Positions 13,945 through 23,352 of a stretch of DNA of 26,876 nucleotides are shown piece by piece (the first letter of the stretch is position 1; each line of letters begins with the position of its first letter). Made by a program: the position numbers and the translations under genes. The notes under the pieces are model-generated. The model saw only the letters and a program-made list of their open reading frames with translations. It made no database searches and had not been told where the DNA came from. Origin of the DNA: a virus (lineage: Duplodnaviria > Caudoviricetes). The stretch lies in IMG/VR virus record IMGVR_UViG_3300022217_000303, positions 1 to 26,876 of that record. One strand, given 5' to 3'.

Positions 13945-16439
13945 TGAATGGTGTAGCGTTTAAAGTTGCGTCGATTATGTCACTGGTCGACAAGATCAGC
14001 GGTCCCTTAAGATTTATCAAGGGGCGCATGGGTGACGTTGAAAATAAGACGCGCTCTGTAACGGCGTCGCTTGCCAATTTTACCCTGAAAATGGCGAAGG
14101 CGGCGGCTGTTGGCGGTGCTTTTCTTGCCGTGCTGGGCGGTGTGGCGCTGACAACCATCCCCACGGGCCGGGCGCTGGGTGAACTGGCCTCTGTCGGTAT
14201 TACCGATATGCAGGCCCTGGAGTCCGCCGCCTCCGATTTCTCCAATCAATTTGCCGGTACGTCAAAGGTTGATTTTCTCTCTGCCTCTTATGACATCAAG
14301 AGCGGGATCGCGTCGCTCTCTGACGAAGGGGTGGCCGGGTTTACCAAGCTTGCGGCAATGACGGGCAAGGCGACAAAGTCAACGGTCAACGAGATGACCA
14401 GTCTCTTTGCTACCGGTTACGGGATCTATAAGGAGCAATACGCCAGGCTGAATGACTTCCAGTTCGGGGAACTCTTCAGCGCCGGGATTGCCGCCAGTGT
14501 CCAGCAATTTAAAACGACGGGCTCAGGGATGTCGCAGGCCATATCAACATTAGGAGCGACGGCAACGAAGGCCACCGTGCCGCTACAGGAACAACTGGCG
14601 GTTATGGGAATGCTTCAGGCCACTATGACCGGCTCTGAAGCGGGCACCAAGTACAAGGCCTTTATTATGTCGACGGCCAAAGCCGGTGATCAGTTGGGGC
14701 TGAACTTCCTCGATGCAAACAAGCAGGTTAAATCCCTGCCTGCCGTTCTCGATGTTTTAAAATCGAAATTCGGCGAGACGCTGGACGCCGCTGAAAAAGT
14801 CGATATCCAGAAGGCCTTCGGCAGGGAAGAAGCGGTGGCCGTCATCGATCTGCTCTACAGCAAGACGGGTGCGCTGAGAGACAACATCAACTCCCTTGGC
14901 GGAGCGCTGCAAAAGGGAAAAGGCTTTACCCTGGCCATGGCGCAAACCATGAATAAGGACCTTGGCGCTACTATCGACACGGGACGCCAGAGAGTTCGTA
15001 ACCTGGTCGAGATGATCGGCAGTATGTTTGCACCGACGCTTAATAAAATCATAGGCGTAATCAGCGGTGTTCTCATGTTGATTATGGGATGGATAGGCAG
15101 AAATAAGGAATTGGTAAAAACAGTCCTTTCCGTCGCCGCCGGAATCGCTGCCGCCGTCGTCGGTGTGACGGCCCTTTCAGCAGCCGGAGCGGGTTTGGGT
15201 TTTGTTATGACCTGGCTGGCGGGAACTGTGGCAATGATCAGCTGGCCCCTCTGGGCCGTTATGGGCGCTGCGACTCTTCTTTATATTGCCTGGCGCCGTA
15301 ACTTTGGCGGCATGGCCGACAGCATTGCCGGTTTCTACAAAAAGGCCTCACTTGTGGTCAGGGGCGTTATCGCGCTCTTTAGAACCTTAGTCAATGGCCA
15401 CGGCACTATCAGCGGACAGCTGGCTGAAGATATCCAGGCTGCGGGCCTGGTGGGACTGGTAACGACGGTGGGCCGTGTTGTTTACCGGGTGCAGCAGTTC
15501 CTCGGTGGATTATGGGAGAGTTTTGTCTTTACAGCGTCGGGGATCGACCATATTTTCATGCCTGTTGTTGATTCTCTTATATCGGCCCTTGATCCTTTCT
15601 ACGCTATTTTAACAAGCCTGACGGGTGGGCTCATTGGGGCGTCGGCAGCAACAAAGAGCAGCAGCTGGCGCACATTCGGAGAGGTACTCGGTATGGTTGC
15701 CGGATCAGGGCTGAGACTGATTGCCTGGGGAATACGGATCATGCTCTACCCGCTCCAGGGACTCCTCTGGCTGGTCGGTTCCGGAGCGCGGTTGTTTGTC
15801 GGACTGGGCGAGGCGCTGGGAACGGTGACAGCCATAATATGGGGAACTGTGGAACCTGCTTTTAACGTTTTGTGGACCATAGCAAAAGGCCTTCTCGGCG
15901 CTGTCGGGAAAATTGCGACGGCCCTGCCTGACGCCTTTATGAAAGTAAAGGAAGCCGTTAGCGGGATCAACCTTTATGAGTCGGGAGCCAGGTTAATGAG
16001 TACCTTTTCCGAAGGGATTAAGGCAAAACTGTCGGGGCCTGTGGACGCCGTGAAAGGGGTTTTGGCAAAGGTCAGGAATTACCTGCCTTTTTCCGATGCT
16101 AAAGTCGGCCCCCTTTCTCAGCTTACGGCCTCGGGTATGGCCGTCATGGATACGCTTGCTGCCGGTATGGTGAAAAATCAGAATACCATCAGGAATGCCG
16201 CCGCTGCCGGTATGGCCGGGATTGCGCTTTCCGTGGCTGTGCCTGATCTTGCCCCGGCATCGGATATTCCCGGTGCCGGTTCTGATAGGTCACCTGATGT
16301 CAGTAAAGAAGTTGTCCGGGAGAAGGATGGCGGCAAAAAGATCATTATTGAAAATATGCATATTAGCCTGCCCTCTGTCAGTGACGGGGAAGGGTTTGTG
16401 AGAGATTTAAAGAAACTTGTGGAGGGATTTGATGCCTGA
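13944..16439 (+). CDS. Tail tape measure protein (TP901-type core)
   Basis: About 830 aa, Ala/Gly-rich; SLVDKISGPL, GSEAGTKYKA and LPFSDAKVGPLSQLT motifs; hydrophobic segments. Confidence 0.92.
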   Translation: MNGVAFKVASIMSLVDKISGPLRFIKGRMGDVENKTRSVTASLANFTLKMAKAAAVGGAFLAVLGGVALTTIPTGRALGELASVGITDMQALESAASDFSNQFAGTSKVDFLSASYDIKSGIASLSDEGVAGFTKLAAMTGKATKSTVNEMTSLFATGYGIYKEQYARLNDFQFGELFSAGIAASVQQFKTTGSGMSQAISTLGATATKATVPLQEQLAVMGMLQATMTGSEAGTKYKAFIMSTAKAGDQLGLNFLDANKQVKSLPAVLDVLKSKFGETLDAAEKVDIQKAFGREEAVAVIDLLYSKTGALRDNINSLGGALQKGKGFTLAMAQTMNKDLGATIDTGRQRVRNLVEMIGSMFAPTLNKIIGVISGVLMLIMGWIGRNKELVKTVLSVAAGIAAAVVGVTALSAAGAGLGFVMTWLAGTVAMISWPLWAVMGAATLLYIAWRRNFGGMADSIAGFYKKASLVVRGVIALFRTLVNGHGTISGQLAEDIQAAGLVGLVTTVGRVVYRVQQFLGGLWESFVFTASGIDHIFMPVVDSLISALDPFYAILTSLTGGLIGASAATKSSSWRTFGEVLGMVAGSGLRLIAWGIRIMLYPLQGLLWLVGSGARLFVGLGEALGTVTAIIWGTVEPAFNVLWTIAKGLLGAVGKIATALPDAFMKVKEAVSGINLYESGARLMSTFSEGIKAKLSGPVDAVKGVLAKVRNYLPFSDAKVGPLSQLTASGMAVMDTLAAGMVKNQNTIRNAAAAGMAGIALSVAVPDLAPASDIPGAGSDRSPDVSKEVVREKDGGKKIIIENMHISLPSVSDGEGFVRDLKKLVEGFDA

Positions 16440-16953
16440 AATAAGCTTTGATGATGGGATAGTAAAGCTTTCCGGCATTGAATTGCCGGGTATTTTGAAA
16501 CGGCTTTCTATCCGGGGAAGAGTACAGTTTGACATGGCCGAGGCAGATGGAGCAAGCGGCAAGATAAAGAAGTTTATGGGCTGGGATGACAGTGACATTT
16601 CCCTGACTATCGAGCTGCTTACCGATGAGGAGTCGGACTGTTATGACAAGCTGCTACAGATAAATGGGCTCTTTAAATTAACTGATAATAACACGGCGAA
16701 TCCTGTTCTTTATACGGTAACTAACCGACACTGTCTGGCACGTGAAATTAATACGGTTTATTTTGCGGGACTCAATTCCGATGAAAGCGACAGTGATGAT
16801 GTGATTGTCTGTATGCTGAACTTTATTGAAGATGATCCGCCTGTTGTTCCTTTGGAAAAGCAGGTGATTGCTGCACCGGATTCAACACCGGTTGTCTCTC
16901 CCTCGGGAGATATTAAGGCTTCTGAAACTGTACTGGAATTAGATGTGGATTAA
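16432..16953 (+). CDS. Putative tail tube initiator / baseplate protein
   Basis: Directly after the tape measure; GGAGG RBS before ATG 16432; translationally coupled. Confidence 0.55.
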   Translation: MPEISFDDGIVKLSGIELPGILKRLSIRGRVQFDMAEADGASGKIKKFMGWDDSDISLTIELLTDEESDCYDKLLQINGLFKLTDNNTANPVLYTVTNRHCLAREINTVYFAGLNSDESDSDDVIVCMLNFIEDDPPVVPLEKQVIAAPDSTPVVSPSGDIKASETVLELDVD

Positions 16954-17726
16954 TGAAGATCTTAATCAACATAGGTGACTATAGCTTTCACCGCTGCCCG
17001 AGACTCAAAATAAGCGGGAAGCGAGGGGAGCCTTTGAATAATGCAGAGATTACATTACCTGATCCTGCCGGTGAACTGTATCAAAGTATGAAGGAAGATG
17101 ACGTTGCCTACCTTGAATATGGTTATCGAAGTGAGGCGGCGGGAAGCTGGACAGGTACGGTGAAAGATATAAAACAGGTTAGCAGGGGGCAGATCTGTGT
17201 AAAGGCAATCGGTCCGGAGAGGGTATTGAGTGAAACAATAATTAACCAGGCCTGGAAAGATGACAGTCCTGAAGCAATCGTAAAATATGCCATTAATCGA
17301 ACAGGCCTTGACTTGGGAACGATTGAAAAGCCCGGTCCTGTCTTTCCTCATTTTGTGGCCTCGTCTATTCCCGTGTGGCAAGTAGCCAGTCAATGCAAAG
17401 AGACCTGTGAAAAAGGGTTCGGTAAAGACCTCACTAAATGGGCGCTTTGGTTGGGCGTTGATGGTGTCAACTGGGGGGATTTTGATGAGCCGGGAAGCGA
17501 ACCGGTTTTTAAAACTGGAGCGAATATTATTGAGCATTTGCCGGGGCTCTATATGAATGAGCTGAACTTTCTGGAGACTTTCCTGCTGCCGGGATTTTCT
17601 CACTCCATGGTTTTTTCACTTAAGGATACCAGGCGCGGCATTGACGGCAGCTTCAGGGCTGAGACGGTGGAGCATATCATCCTGCCGGATAAGGCACGCA
17701 CATTTATAGGATACGGGAATGAGTAA
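16953..17726 (+). CDS. Putative baseplate hub protein (gpD/gp44-like)
   Basis: AEITLPD...LEYGY...WTGTV pattern; lies before the spike gene. Confidence 0.6.
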   Translation: MKILINIGDYSFHRCPRLKISGKRGEPLNNAEITLPDPAGELYQSMKEDDVAYLEYGYRSEAAGSWTGTVKDIKQVSRGQICVKAIGPERVLSETIINQAWKDDSPEAIVKYAINRTGLDLGTIEKPGPVFPHFVASSIPVWQVASQCKETCEKGFGKDLTKWALWLGVDGVNWGDFDEPGSEPVFKTGANIIEHLPGLYMNELNFLETFLLPGFSHSMVFSLKDTRRGIDGSFRAETVEHIILPDKARTFIGYGNE

Positions 17727-18321
17727 AGAGGAACTTAAAAGACTGTTAAAGCGCGTGGTGGAACTGGCTATGCCCGATCTAAGGAGTTATTACCGGGTAG
17801 TGAAAAAGGCCCGTGTCGAGAAAACCTATGCCAGTGATGGACAGTACTATGCCGATGTTCAGCCGCTTAGAAATGATAATTCCGTCGATGAAAAAGAGCC
17901 CGTTATAAAGATGGTGGAAATACCGGTCATATGGGGAGGCCCTGACAGGGGCGTCATTTGTCCACCTGCCGCAGGGGTTTATTGTGACCTGGAATATTAC
18001 GACGGGGACCCCAACTACCCGAGAATCTCAAATTTCAGGTGGCTTAATCAGGGAGCCCCGGCCTGCGGTATTGGAGAATTTATTATCCAGCAGGGAGCAG
18101 GGGTATTTGTCAAGATCGATGCAGCTGCAAATGTGACTGTTAAAACGACGGGGGATATAACGCTGGACAGGGGCGCGCAAAAGATTGTCCTCGATGATTC
18201 CGGAATCAGTATCGATGGAGGGAGCGGGCTCCTGGACGGCGTAATAACAGGCAAATGTTTGTGTAAACTTGACGGCTTGCCTATTTCAGATAAGTCGGCA
18301 GACGTGAAAGCGAGTAAATAA
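17719..18321 (+). CDS. Baseplate spike protein (gpV/gp45-like)
   Basis: OB-fold-type N-terminus (ADVQPL, IPVIWGG...PAAG...YYDGDP) and beta-repeat C-terminus ending VKASK. Confidence 0.75.
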   Translation: MSKEELKRLLKRVVELAMPDLRSYYRVVKKARVEKTYASDGQYYADVQPLRNDNSVDEKEPVIKMVEIPVIWGGPDRGVICPPAAGVYCDLEYYDGDPNYPRISNFRWLNQGAPACGIGEFIIQQGAGVFVKIDAAANVTVKTTGDITLDRGAQKIVLDDSGISIDGGSGLLDGVITGKCLCKLDGLPISDKSADVKASK

Positions 18322-18323
18322 CG

Positions 18324-18527
18324 ATGGCGCTGAATAAAGCGGTTCTGGAGGCTGCAATAATAACGGAAATCCAGGCACAAGGTTTTGATACGGCTAATGA
18401 GCATTCCAAATTTCCCCAACTGGCGAAGGCTATAGCCAATGCCGTGGTGGATCATTTTACGGCCAATGCAGTCGTTACTACAACTTCAGGCGCTCCTGAT
18501 GAGGAGCATACAGGGGTAATATCATGA
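18324..18527 (+). CDS. Small hypothetical baseplate-region protein
   Basis: Tightly coupled ORF; LAKAIANAVVDH...A.V motif. Confidence 0.7.
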   Translation: MALNKAVLEAAIITEIQAQGFDTANEHSKFPQLAKAIANAVVDHFTANAVVTTTSGAPDEEHTGVIS

Positions 18528-18973
18528 ATGATAATGATCTCAACGATCTATATGGGCAGGACATAAAAATCGATTTTTCCACCATGCAGGCGGTTATTGC
18601 CGCTAATGGTGAAGCGGTTTTGACGGAAGGGACTGAGACGCCCATACAAAATATCTTGCTCAGACTCTCCACGCCGCTGGGCTCCCTTTTTTATGATACG
18701 GGCTATGGCAGTGAAGTCTATAAATGGGTGCAGGAAGAAAACACAAAGGCAAACCGCAACGGTCTGGCGGCTGAGATCAAGCGCCGGATTGCCCTGGAGC
18801 CGACTGTTGTTTTTGGGTCGGTATCGGCAAGGGTAATTAGCTGGGATGAATCGGGTGTTACTGTTGACGCCGGGTTCCGGCTCATTGCGGAGGACCATCC
18901 CTTTAACCTGGTTATTAATATTAATGATGATGGAAAAATAGAAGGGGTGATGAACGATGTCAATACCGATTAG
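18524..18973 (+). CDS. Baseplate wedge protein (gpW/gp25/gp46-like)
   Basis: QNILLRLSTPLGSLFYDTGYGS motif. Confidence 0.85.
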   Translation: MNDNDLNDLYGQDIKIDFSTMQAVIAANGEAVLTEGTETPIQNILLRLSTPLGSLFYDTGYGSEVYKWVQEENTKANRNGLAAEIKRRIALEPTVVFGSVSARVISWDESGVTVDAGFRLIAEDHPFNLVININDDGKIEGVMNDVNTD

Positions 18974-20096
18974 TAAAACGCTCGACCAGGTCAGGCAAGA
19001 CCTCTTCGACAAGATATCCTCTGTGCAACAAGAAGGCTGGTTGCCGTCAAAGCTGAACCTGAATAAGGGTATAGTACGTGGCATGATAGAGCTGTGGGCA
19101 TGGGGGCTTTTTCAACTCTATGCCTTTCTGGCCACACTGCTGAAACAGGCATTTCCCTCAACGGCCACCGGTCCCTGGCTTGTACTGCATTGTGATGGGG
19201 TAGGCGTAAAAAAACTGCTTAAGACAAAGGCAAAAGGAAACGTTAGATTTTACCGGACCGGCTCGACGGGCAATGTCAATATCGATGCCGGGTCGGTTGT
19301 AAAAACGCCAGTCGATGCGCTCGGTAAAGTTTACCGCTTTGTTACCCTCGCCGATGCCGTGCTCCTCGATGGAACGACGGAGATCTATGTCGAAGTGGAA
19401 GCTGAGGAATATGGCTCCGGCAGTAACGTGACCGTTAACCAGATTACGGAGATTGTCACCTCCCTGCCCGGCGTCGACGGCGTTGATAATGCTGCTGACT
19501 GGCTGACTTCCGAGGGGGCCGATGCCGAGGAAGATGAGCCGCTGAGAGAGCGTTATTACCTTTCATGGAAAGACATTAACGGATCGACAAAATACGCCTA
19601 TGAATCATGGGGGCGGTCAGTAACGGGTGTGGCTTCAGTAACTATTGTTGACCAGCATCCCAGGGGACAGGGGACGGTCGACGTTGTTATTGTGGGAACT
19701 GCCGGTGCACCTACGCCCACACTTATTGCCGCTGTTCAGGCTGTTATTGATAATAATAAACCGATTAATGATGACGCTCTCGTAATCGGACCGACTGAGA
19801 TTCCCCTGGATATTACTGTTGAACTGGAGCTTGTGTCCGGTGATGAAAGCACCATTATTTCAGAAGTCGATGGCCGGATCAGGATGCTCTTTGATTACAG
19901 CAGCATGGGGAACGAAATAACACCCCTCGATATCGGTGATGATCTGCCGCTTGATCGTATTACCGTCTGCGGCATGATCGACGGCGTCAAGAAGGTTAAT
20001 ATTACAGCGCCGGTAGCTGATACGTCAATTGCGGCCAATGAGGTCGCAACACTTAATAGCCTGACTGTTACGGCTGTATGGGCAACGGAGGAGTAA
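18957..20096 (+). CDS. Baseplate J/gp47 family protein
   Basis: FPSTATGPWL, GADAEEDEPLRER and PRGQGTVDVVI motifs. Confidence 0.93.
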   Translation: MSIPISKTLDQVRQDLFDKISSVQQEGWLPSKLNLNKGIVRGMIELWAWGLFQLYAFLATLLKQAFPSTATGPWLVLHCDGVGVKKLLKTKAKGNVRFYRTGSTGNVNIDAGSVVKTPVDALGKVYRFVTLADAVLLDGTTEIYVEVEAEEYGSGSNVTVNQITEIVTSLPGVDGVDNAADWLTSEGADAEEDEPLRERYYLSWKDINGSTKYAYESWGRSVTGVASVTIVDQHPRGQGTVDVVIVGTAGAPTPTLIAAVQAVIDNNKPINDDALVIGPTEIPLDITVELELVSGDESTIISEVDGRIRMLFDYSSMGNEITPLDIGDDLPLDRITVCGMIDGVKKVNITAPVADTSIAANEVATLNSLTVTAVWATEE

Positions 20097-20098
20097 TC

Positions 20099-20641
20099 AT
20101 GTTTTGGGATTATTTTAAAAAGAAACTTCGCTTTTTGCTTGTATGGTTTTCAGGGCCGCTGGCACAGATGGCAAAGGGCGGCGCTCAGGTTCTCGATGAT
20201 ACCGCCGAGGATATGAGGTGGCTGAGAGACCAGTTTTTCTCGTCAAAGGCGGATGCTGCCTATCTGGCAGAATTTGCCAGAAGCCGGGGGCTGTATCGAT
20301 GGCAAAACGAGAGTGACACTTCATGGTTAAGCCGGGTGGTTTACGCTTACCTTTATTGGAAGGCGGGCGGCACAACGCCGGGCATGATAGATGTGCTGGA
20401 AAAGATCGGAGTTCCCGGCGCTGCCATTGAAAATATAGGCCTTACCGATCAGGCACGATGGGCAGAGTTCAGGGTGTACGGTGATACCTATGACGGTAAT
20501 CCTTATGCTGAATATATTATCAGGGTAATTAATGAGATTAAACCGGCCAGGTCGAAATTATCTGAATTAATCCTGTCAAGCAATCCTGTGGTGGGAACGC
20601 TGGGTTTAGGTTGTGTCGTATCAACACATATTGAATGTTAA
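20099..20641 (+). CDS. Baseplate/tail protein (P2 gpI / Mu gp48-like); start at ATG 20099
   Basis: LAEFARSRG...ESD...R...GGT..G and INEIKPARS motifs; follows the J gene. Confidence 0.78.
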   Translation: MFWDYFKKKLRFLLVWFSGPLAQMAKGGAQVLDDTAEDMRWLRDQFFSSKADAAYLAEFARSRGLYRWQNESDTSWLSRVVYAYLYWKAGGTTPGMIDVLEKIGVPGAAIENIGLTDQARWAEFRVYGDTYDGNPYAEYIIRVINEIKPARSKLSELILSSNPVVGTLGLGCVVSTHIEC

Positions 20642-20657
20642 TTTAAAGGAGATTTAA

Positions 20658-21872
20658 ATGAGTGACGGAATATGGACTGATGAGGGGATCGCGCTTATCG
20701 ATGCTGCCTTTGGAGCGGCTGAGACGGTAAACCTTAATGAATTTATTATGTCGGGATCTGTGCTGATTGGCGGGCTGGCCGCTTTCAACCTGGACCCGCT
20801 GATGACGCATGCCACCTTTCCGGCAGAGCAATACCGGGCGGCGGTGCATAATTCATTCATCGATGTTGACGGTTATCTTGTCGTTGAATGCTGGATCGAG
20901 GGAAATATACCGGACGCTTTTTTCTCAAACGGCATCGGGATTGTTCATGATGACGGAGTGGGAACGAAAACTTTAATGGCCATTGCCCAGGTTCCTGTTC
21001 AGGAAAGGTTTTTAACGGTCTTTCAGAAGTTCCTGGTCAAATTGCCGGTGACCGGGAATATCGGGGTTACTATCGATGTTACCTTCAGGGCTGAAGATGC
21101 GGTAACACATGCCGAACTGTTGGCGGCTGATGTTGATAGGGTTGACGGGATTCATGCCTCGGCAACGCCGGAGGCGAATAAGCTGCTGGCGCTTGATGGT
21201 GGGGCTAAAATACCAACGGCAGCGATACCTGCACTGGCTATAGGGGAAATATTTCCTGTTAATTCCGAAGCTGAAATGCTGGCATTAACAGCGCAAACCG
21301 GGGACGTGGCTAAAAGGATGGACTTGGGGAGATCGTTTATGTTGCAGGTCGAACCTGCCACCGTTCCTGGAAACTGGCTGGTAATGACCGATGATTATAC
21401 ACCGGCGAGTCATTTAGGTGATACTGGTAATCCCCACGGTGTTACGGCAGCGCAGGCCGGGGCGGCACCATCGAGCCATGTTGGATCAGGGGACTCAGCG
21501 CATGCGCTGGCCACTGAAACAGCGCACGGGTTTATGGATAAAGCAGATAAAAAAAAATGTAATTCTATTAATAAAACTTATGGGTCAGCTTTTTCTTTAG
21601 CGGCAGGTGATGAGCTCGGATTTTCTGCCACTTACCCACATTGCTTTGGAACTATAATGTTATCTGTGCAAGGAAGTGTGAATTCAAATGTTAGTGTTTG
21701 CGCCACTTACAAAGATACTTTTGGACGATTCTGGGCTATGACTCAAGGGAGAGGAACAATGCCGAGTTGGCCTCCCGATCCGGTGGCAAATGAGAATATA
21801 AAGGTAAGAGTAAGGAACAATCACTCTTCAGCCCAAGATGTGTCTTATAGAGCTGTTTCTTTGTCAGACTAG
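20658..21872 (+). CDS. Tail fibre protein
   Basis: N-terminal WTDEG anchor; VDGIHAS and SHLGDTGNPHGVTAAQ fibre motifs; AT-richer variable C-terminus. Confidence 0.75.
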   Translation: MSDGIWTDEGIALIDAAFGAAETVNLNEFIMSGSVLIGGLAAFNLDPLMTHATFPAEQYRAAVHNSFIDVDGYLVVECWIEGNIPDAFFSNGIGIVHDDGVGTKTLMAIAQVPVQERFLTVFQKFLVKLPVTGNIGVTIDVTFRAEDAVTHAELLAADVDRVDGIHASATPEANKLLALDGGAKIPTAAIPALAIGEIFPVNSEAEMLALTAQTGDVAKRMDLGRSFMLQVEPATVPGNWLVMTDDYTPASHLGDTGNPHGVTAAQAGAAPSSHVGSGDSAHALATETAHGFMDKADKKKCNSINKTYGSAFSLAAGDELGFSATYPHCFGTIMLSVQGSVNSNVSVCATYKDTFGRFWAMTQGRGTMPSWPPDPVANENIKVRVRNNHSSAQDVSYRAVSLSD

Positions 21873-21886
21873 TAATGGTGAAATAA

Positions 21887-22264
21887 ATGAAAAACATGAC
21901 TGTATATAAATACCTCCCCGTCACCATTGAATACACAGACGACCTCCCTGAGCAGCATACCGGATATGCCGAGGGATTTAGAGTCAAAATCCGTCCCTCT
22001 CACCGTAATGACAGGGGTCTCCTGGAGCATGAGATTATCCATGTCAAACAGTGGTATCGGACATTCGGGCTGTATTCTCTCCTTAATAAATATAGTAGAA
22101 AATATAGGCTTAAATATGAACTGGAAGCGTATAGAGAACAGCTCAAGCATTATCCTGATGCAAACTATGCGCGTCTTGTTGATCGTTTTGCAGGGTTTAT
22201 TGCTGACAAGTATGAGCTGGGAATTTCGAAGGAAGAGGCAAAGGATTTATTATGCAGGAAATAA
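21887..22264 (+). CDS. Small HExxH zincin-like metallopeptidase-domain protein
   Basis: LLEHEIIHVKQW and a downstream ELEAY third-ligand motif. Confidence 0.7.
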   Translation: MKNMTVYKYLPVTIEYTDDLPEQHTGYAEGFRVKIRPSHRNDRGLLEHEIIHVKQWYRTFGLYSLLNKYSRKYRLKYELEAYREQLKHYPDANYARLVDRFAGFIADKYELGISKEEAKDLLCRK

Positions 22265-22341
22265 TTCACAGACGCGATTGGGATCGCAAGGAGTATTACC
22301 GGGACTTGCTACAAAAACAGACCTTTTAAGTATGTAATAAA

Positions 22342-22438
22342 GACGGACAGCAATCCAGGGAATGGCCTCCCTGAAAACCAGGTGTGCAGCACACACCAGA
22401 CGGGATAACCCGCTGCCGTCCGCCACCCACGTAGGCGG
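22342..22438 (-). ncRNA. Candidate cloverleaf structured RNA upstream of the methyltransferase (strand inferred from promoter)
   Basis: Closing stem 22342-22351/22412-22420 encloses three hairpins; an extra CCGCC/GGCGG hairpin follows; minus-strand promoter adjacent. Confidence 0.55.
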
Positions 22439-22443
22439 AAGAA

Positions 22444-22472
22444 AGCATAGCAGGGCTATCCTTTAAAATCAA
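22444..22472 (-). promoter_or_regulatory. Antisense sigma70-type promoter
   Basis: Minus strand TTGATT (22472-22467), 17-bp spacer, TATGCT (22449-22444). Confidence 0.55.
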
Positions 22473-22496
22473 CTATGACATAAGGAGGTCACGGCT

Positions 22497-23258
22497 ATGT
22501 CAAAACCTGTTATTCCATGGATCGGCGGAAAACGCCGACTTGCAAAGAGAATTCTTCCCCTTTTTCCTGATCATGAATGTTATGTAGAACCCTTTTGTGG
22601 GGCTGCGGCATTGTTTTTCATGAAAAAACCGGCACAGTCGGAAGTGTTGAATGATATTAACCTGGAACTGGCCAGTTTTTACAGGGTATTAAAACACCAT
22701 TTAGATGAGTTTATAAAACAGTTTAAATGGACCCTGGTTCACAGGGAAATCTTTAAATGGCTCCAGGACACCCCGCCGGAAACACTCACCGATATCCAAC
22801 GTGCAGCCCGGTTTTATTATCTCCAGAAACTCGCATTTGGCGGTAAGGTAGATAGCCAGACCTATGGCACCGCAACAACTAGTAAACCACGTCTCAATCT
22901 TCTCCGTATTGAAGAGGACCTTAGCCAGGCATGGCTGAGGCTGGCCAGAGTTCATATAGAAAGTATGGACTGGAAGAAGTGTATTTCTAAATATGACCGC
23001 AAGCACACTCTTGCATATTTAGACCCTCCTTATTACGGCACAGAAGGATATGGCGTCGCCTTCAATCTTGAGGAATATAGCATAATGGCAGATATGGCCA
23101 GATCGATTAAAGGAAAGATGATCATCAGCGTAAACGATATCCCGGAAATGAGAAGAGCCTTTAAAGGGTTGAGTATGGATACGGTGAAAATTAAGTATAC
23201 AGTCGGAGGCAATGATAAGGCAGTGAACAGGAGGGAACTGATTATCAAGAGCTGGTAA
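22497..23258 (+). CDS. dam: D12-class N6-adenine DNA methyltransferase (Dam-like)
   Basis: PWIGGK, YVEPFCGAA (SAM binding), EVLND and YLDPPY (catalytic) motifs; TAAGGAGGT RBS. Target specificity unknown. Confidence 0.9.
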   Translation: MSKPVIPWIGGKRRLAKRILPLFPDHECYVEPFCGAAALFFMKKPAQSEVLNDINLELASFYRVLKHHLDEFIKQFKWTLVHREIFKWLQDTPPETLTDIQRAARFYYLQKLAFGGKVDSQTYGTATTSKPRLNLLRIEEDLSQAWLRLARVHIESMDWKKCISKYDRKHTLAYLDPPYYGTEGYGVAFNLEEYSIMADMARSIKGKMIISVNDIPEMRRAFKGLSMDTVKIKYTVGGNDKAVNRRELIIKSW

Positions 23259-23289
23259 TCAGATTAAAATCATGTTAAAAAATGCATTG

Positions 23290-23339
23290 TTGGTTCCAAA
23301 GGGCGTGTAAATTGGTTCCAAACCGCGCGGCTTGCTACA
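23290..23339. repeat. Prophage right end: two putative transposase-binding repeats and terminal ACA
   Basis: TTGGTTCCAAA at 23290-23300 and 23312-23322 (22-bp period), followed by ...GCTACA at 23334-23339. Confidence 0.72.
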
Positions 23340-23352
23340 CTTTTAACTCTAA

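Larger units (their letters stand above)
1..23339 (+). mobile_element. Mu-like (transposable) prophage, late region and right end; left part outside the window
   Basis: Co-directional head-tail operon with Mu-type terminase, portal, protease, gp36-like and gpG-like genes. A methyltransferase occupies the mom position, and tandem TTGGTTCCAAA repeats followed by terminal ACA separate it from a convergent host gene. Confidence 0.92.

Noticed and set aside
22252-22329. Short ORF MQEIIHRRDW... as a Com-like activator
   Set aside because: Only 25 codons and no cysteines, so no zinc finger.
20658-22340. Diversity-generating retroelement or invertible tail-fibre cassette
   Set aside because: No reverse transcriptase, no adenine-mismatched TR/VR pair, and no invertase or flanking inverted sites in the window.
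22342-22420. tRNA gene
   Set aside because: Cloverleaf-like, but lacks the TTC T-loop, a 7-nt anticodon loop and a CCA end.
23290-23322. CRISPR array
   Set aside because: Only two 11-bp repeats with an 11-bp spacer; fits transposase-binding sites better.
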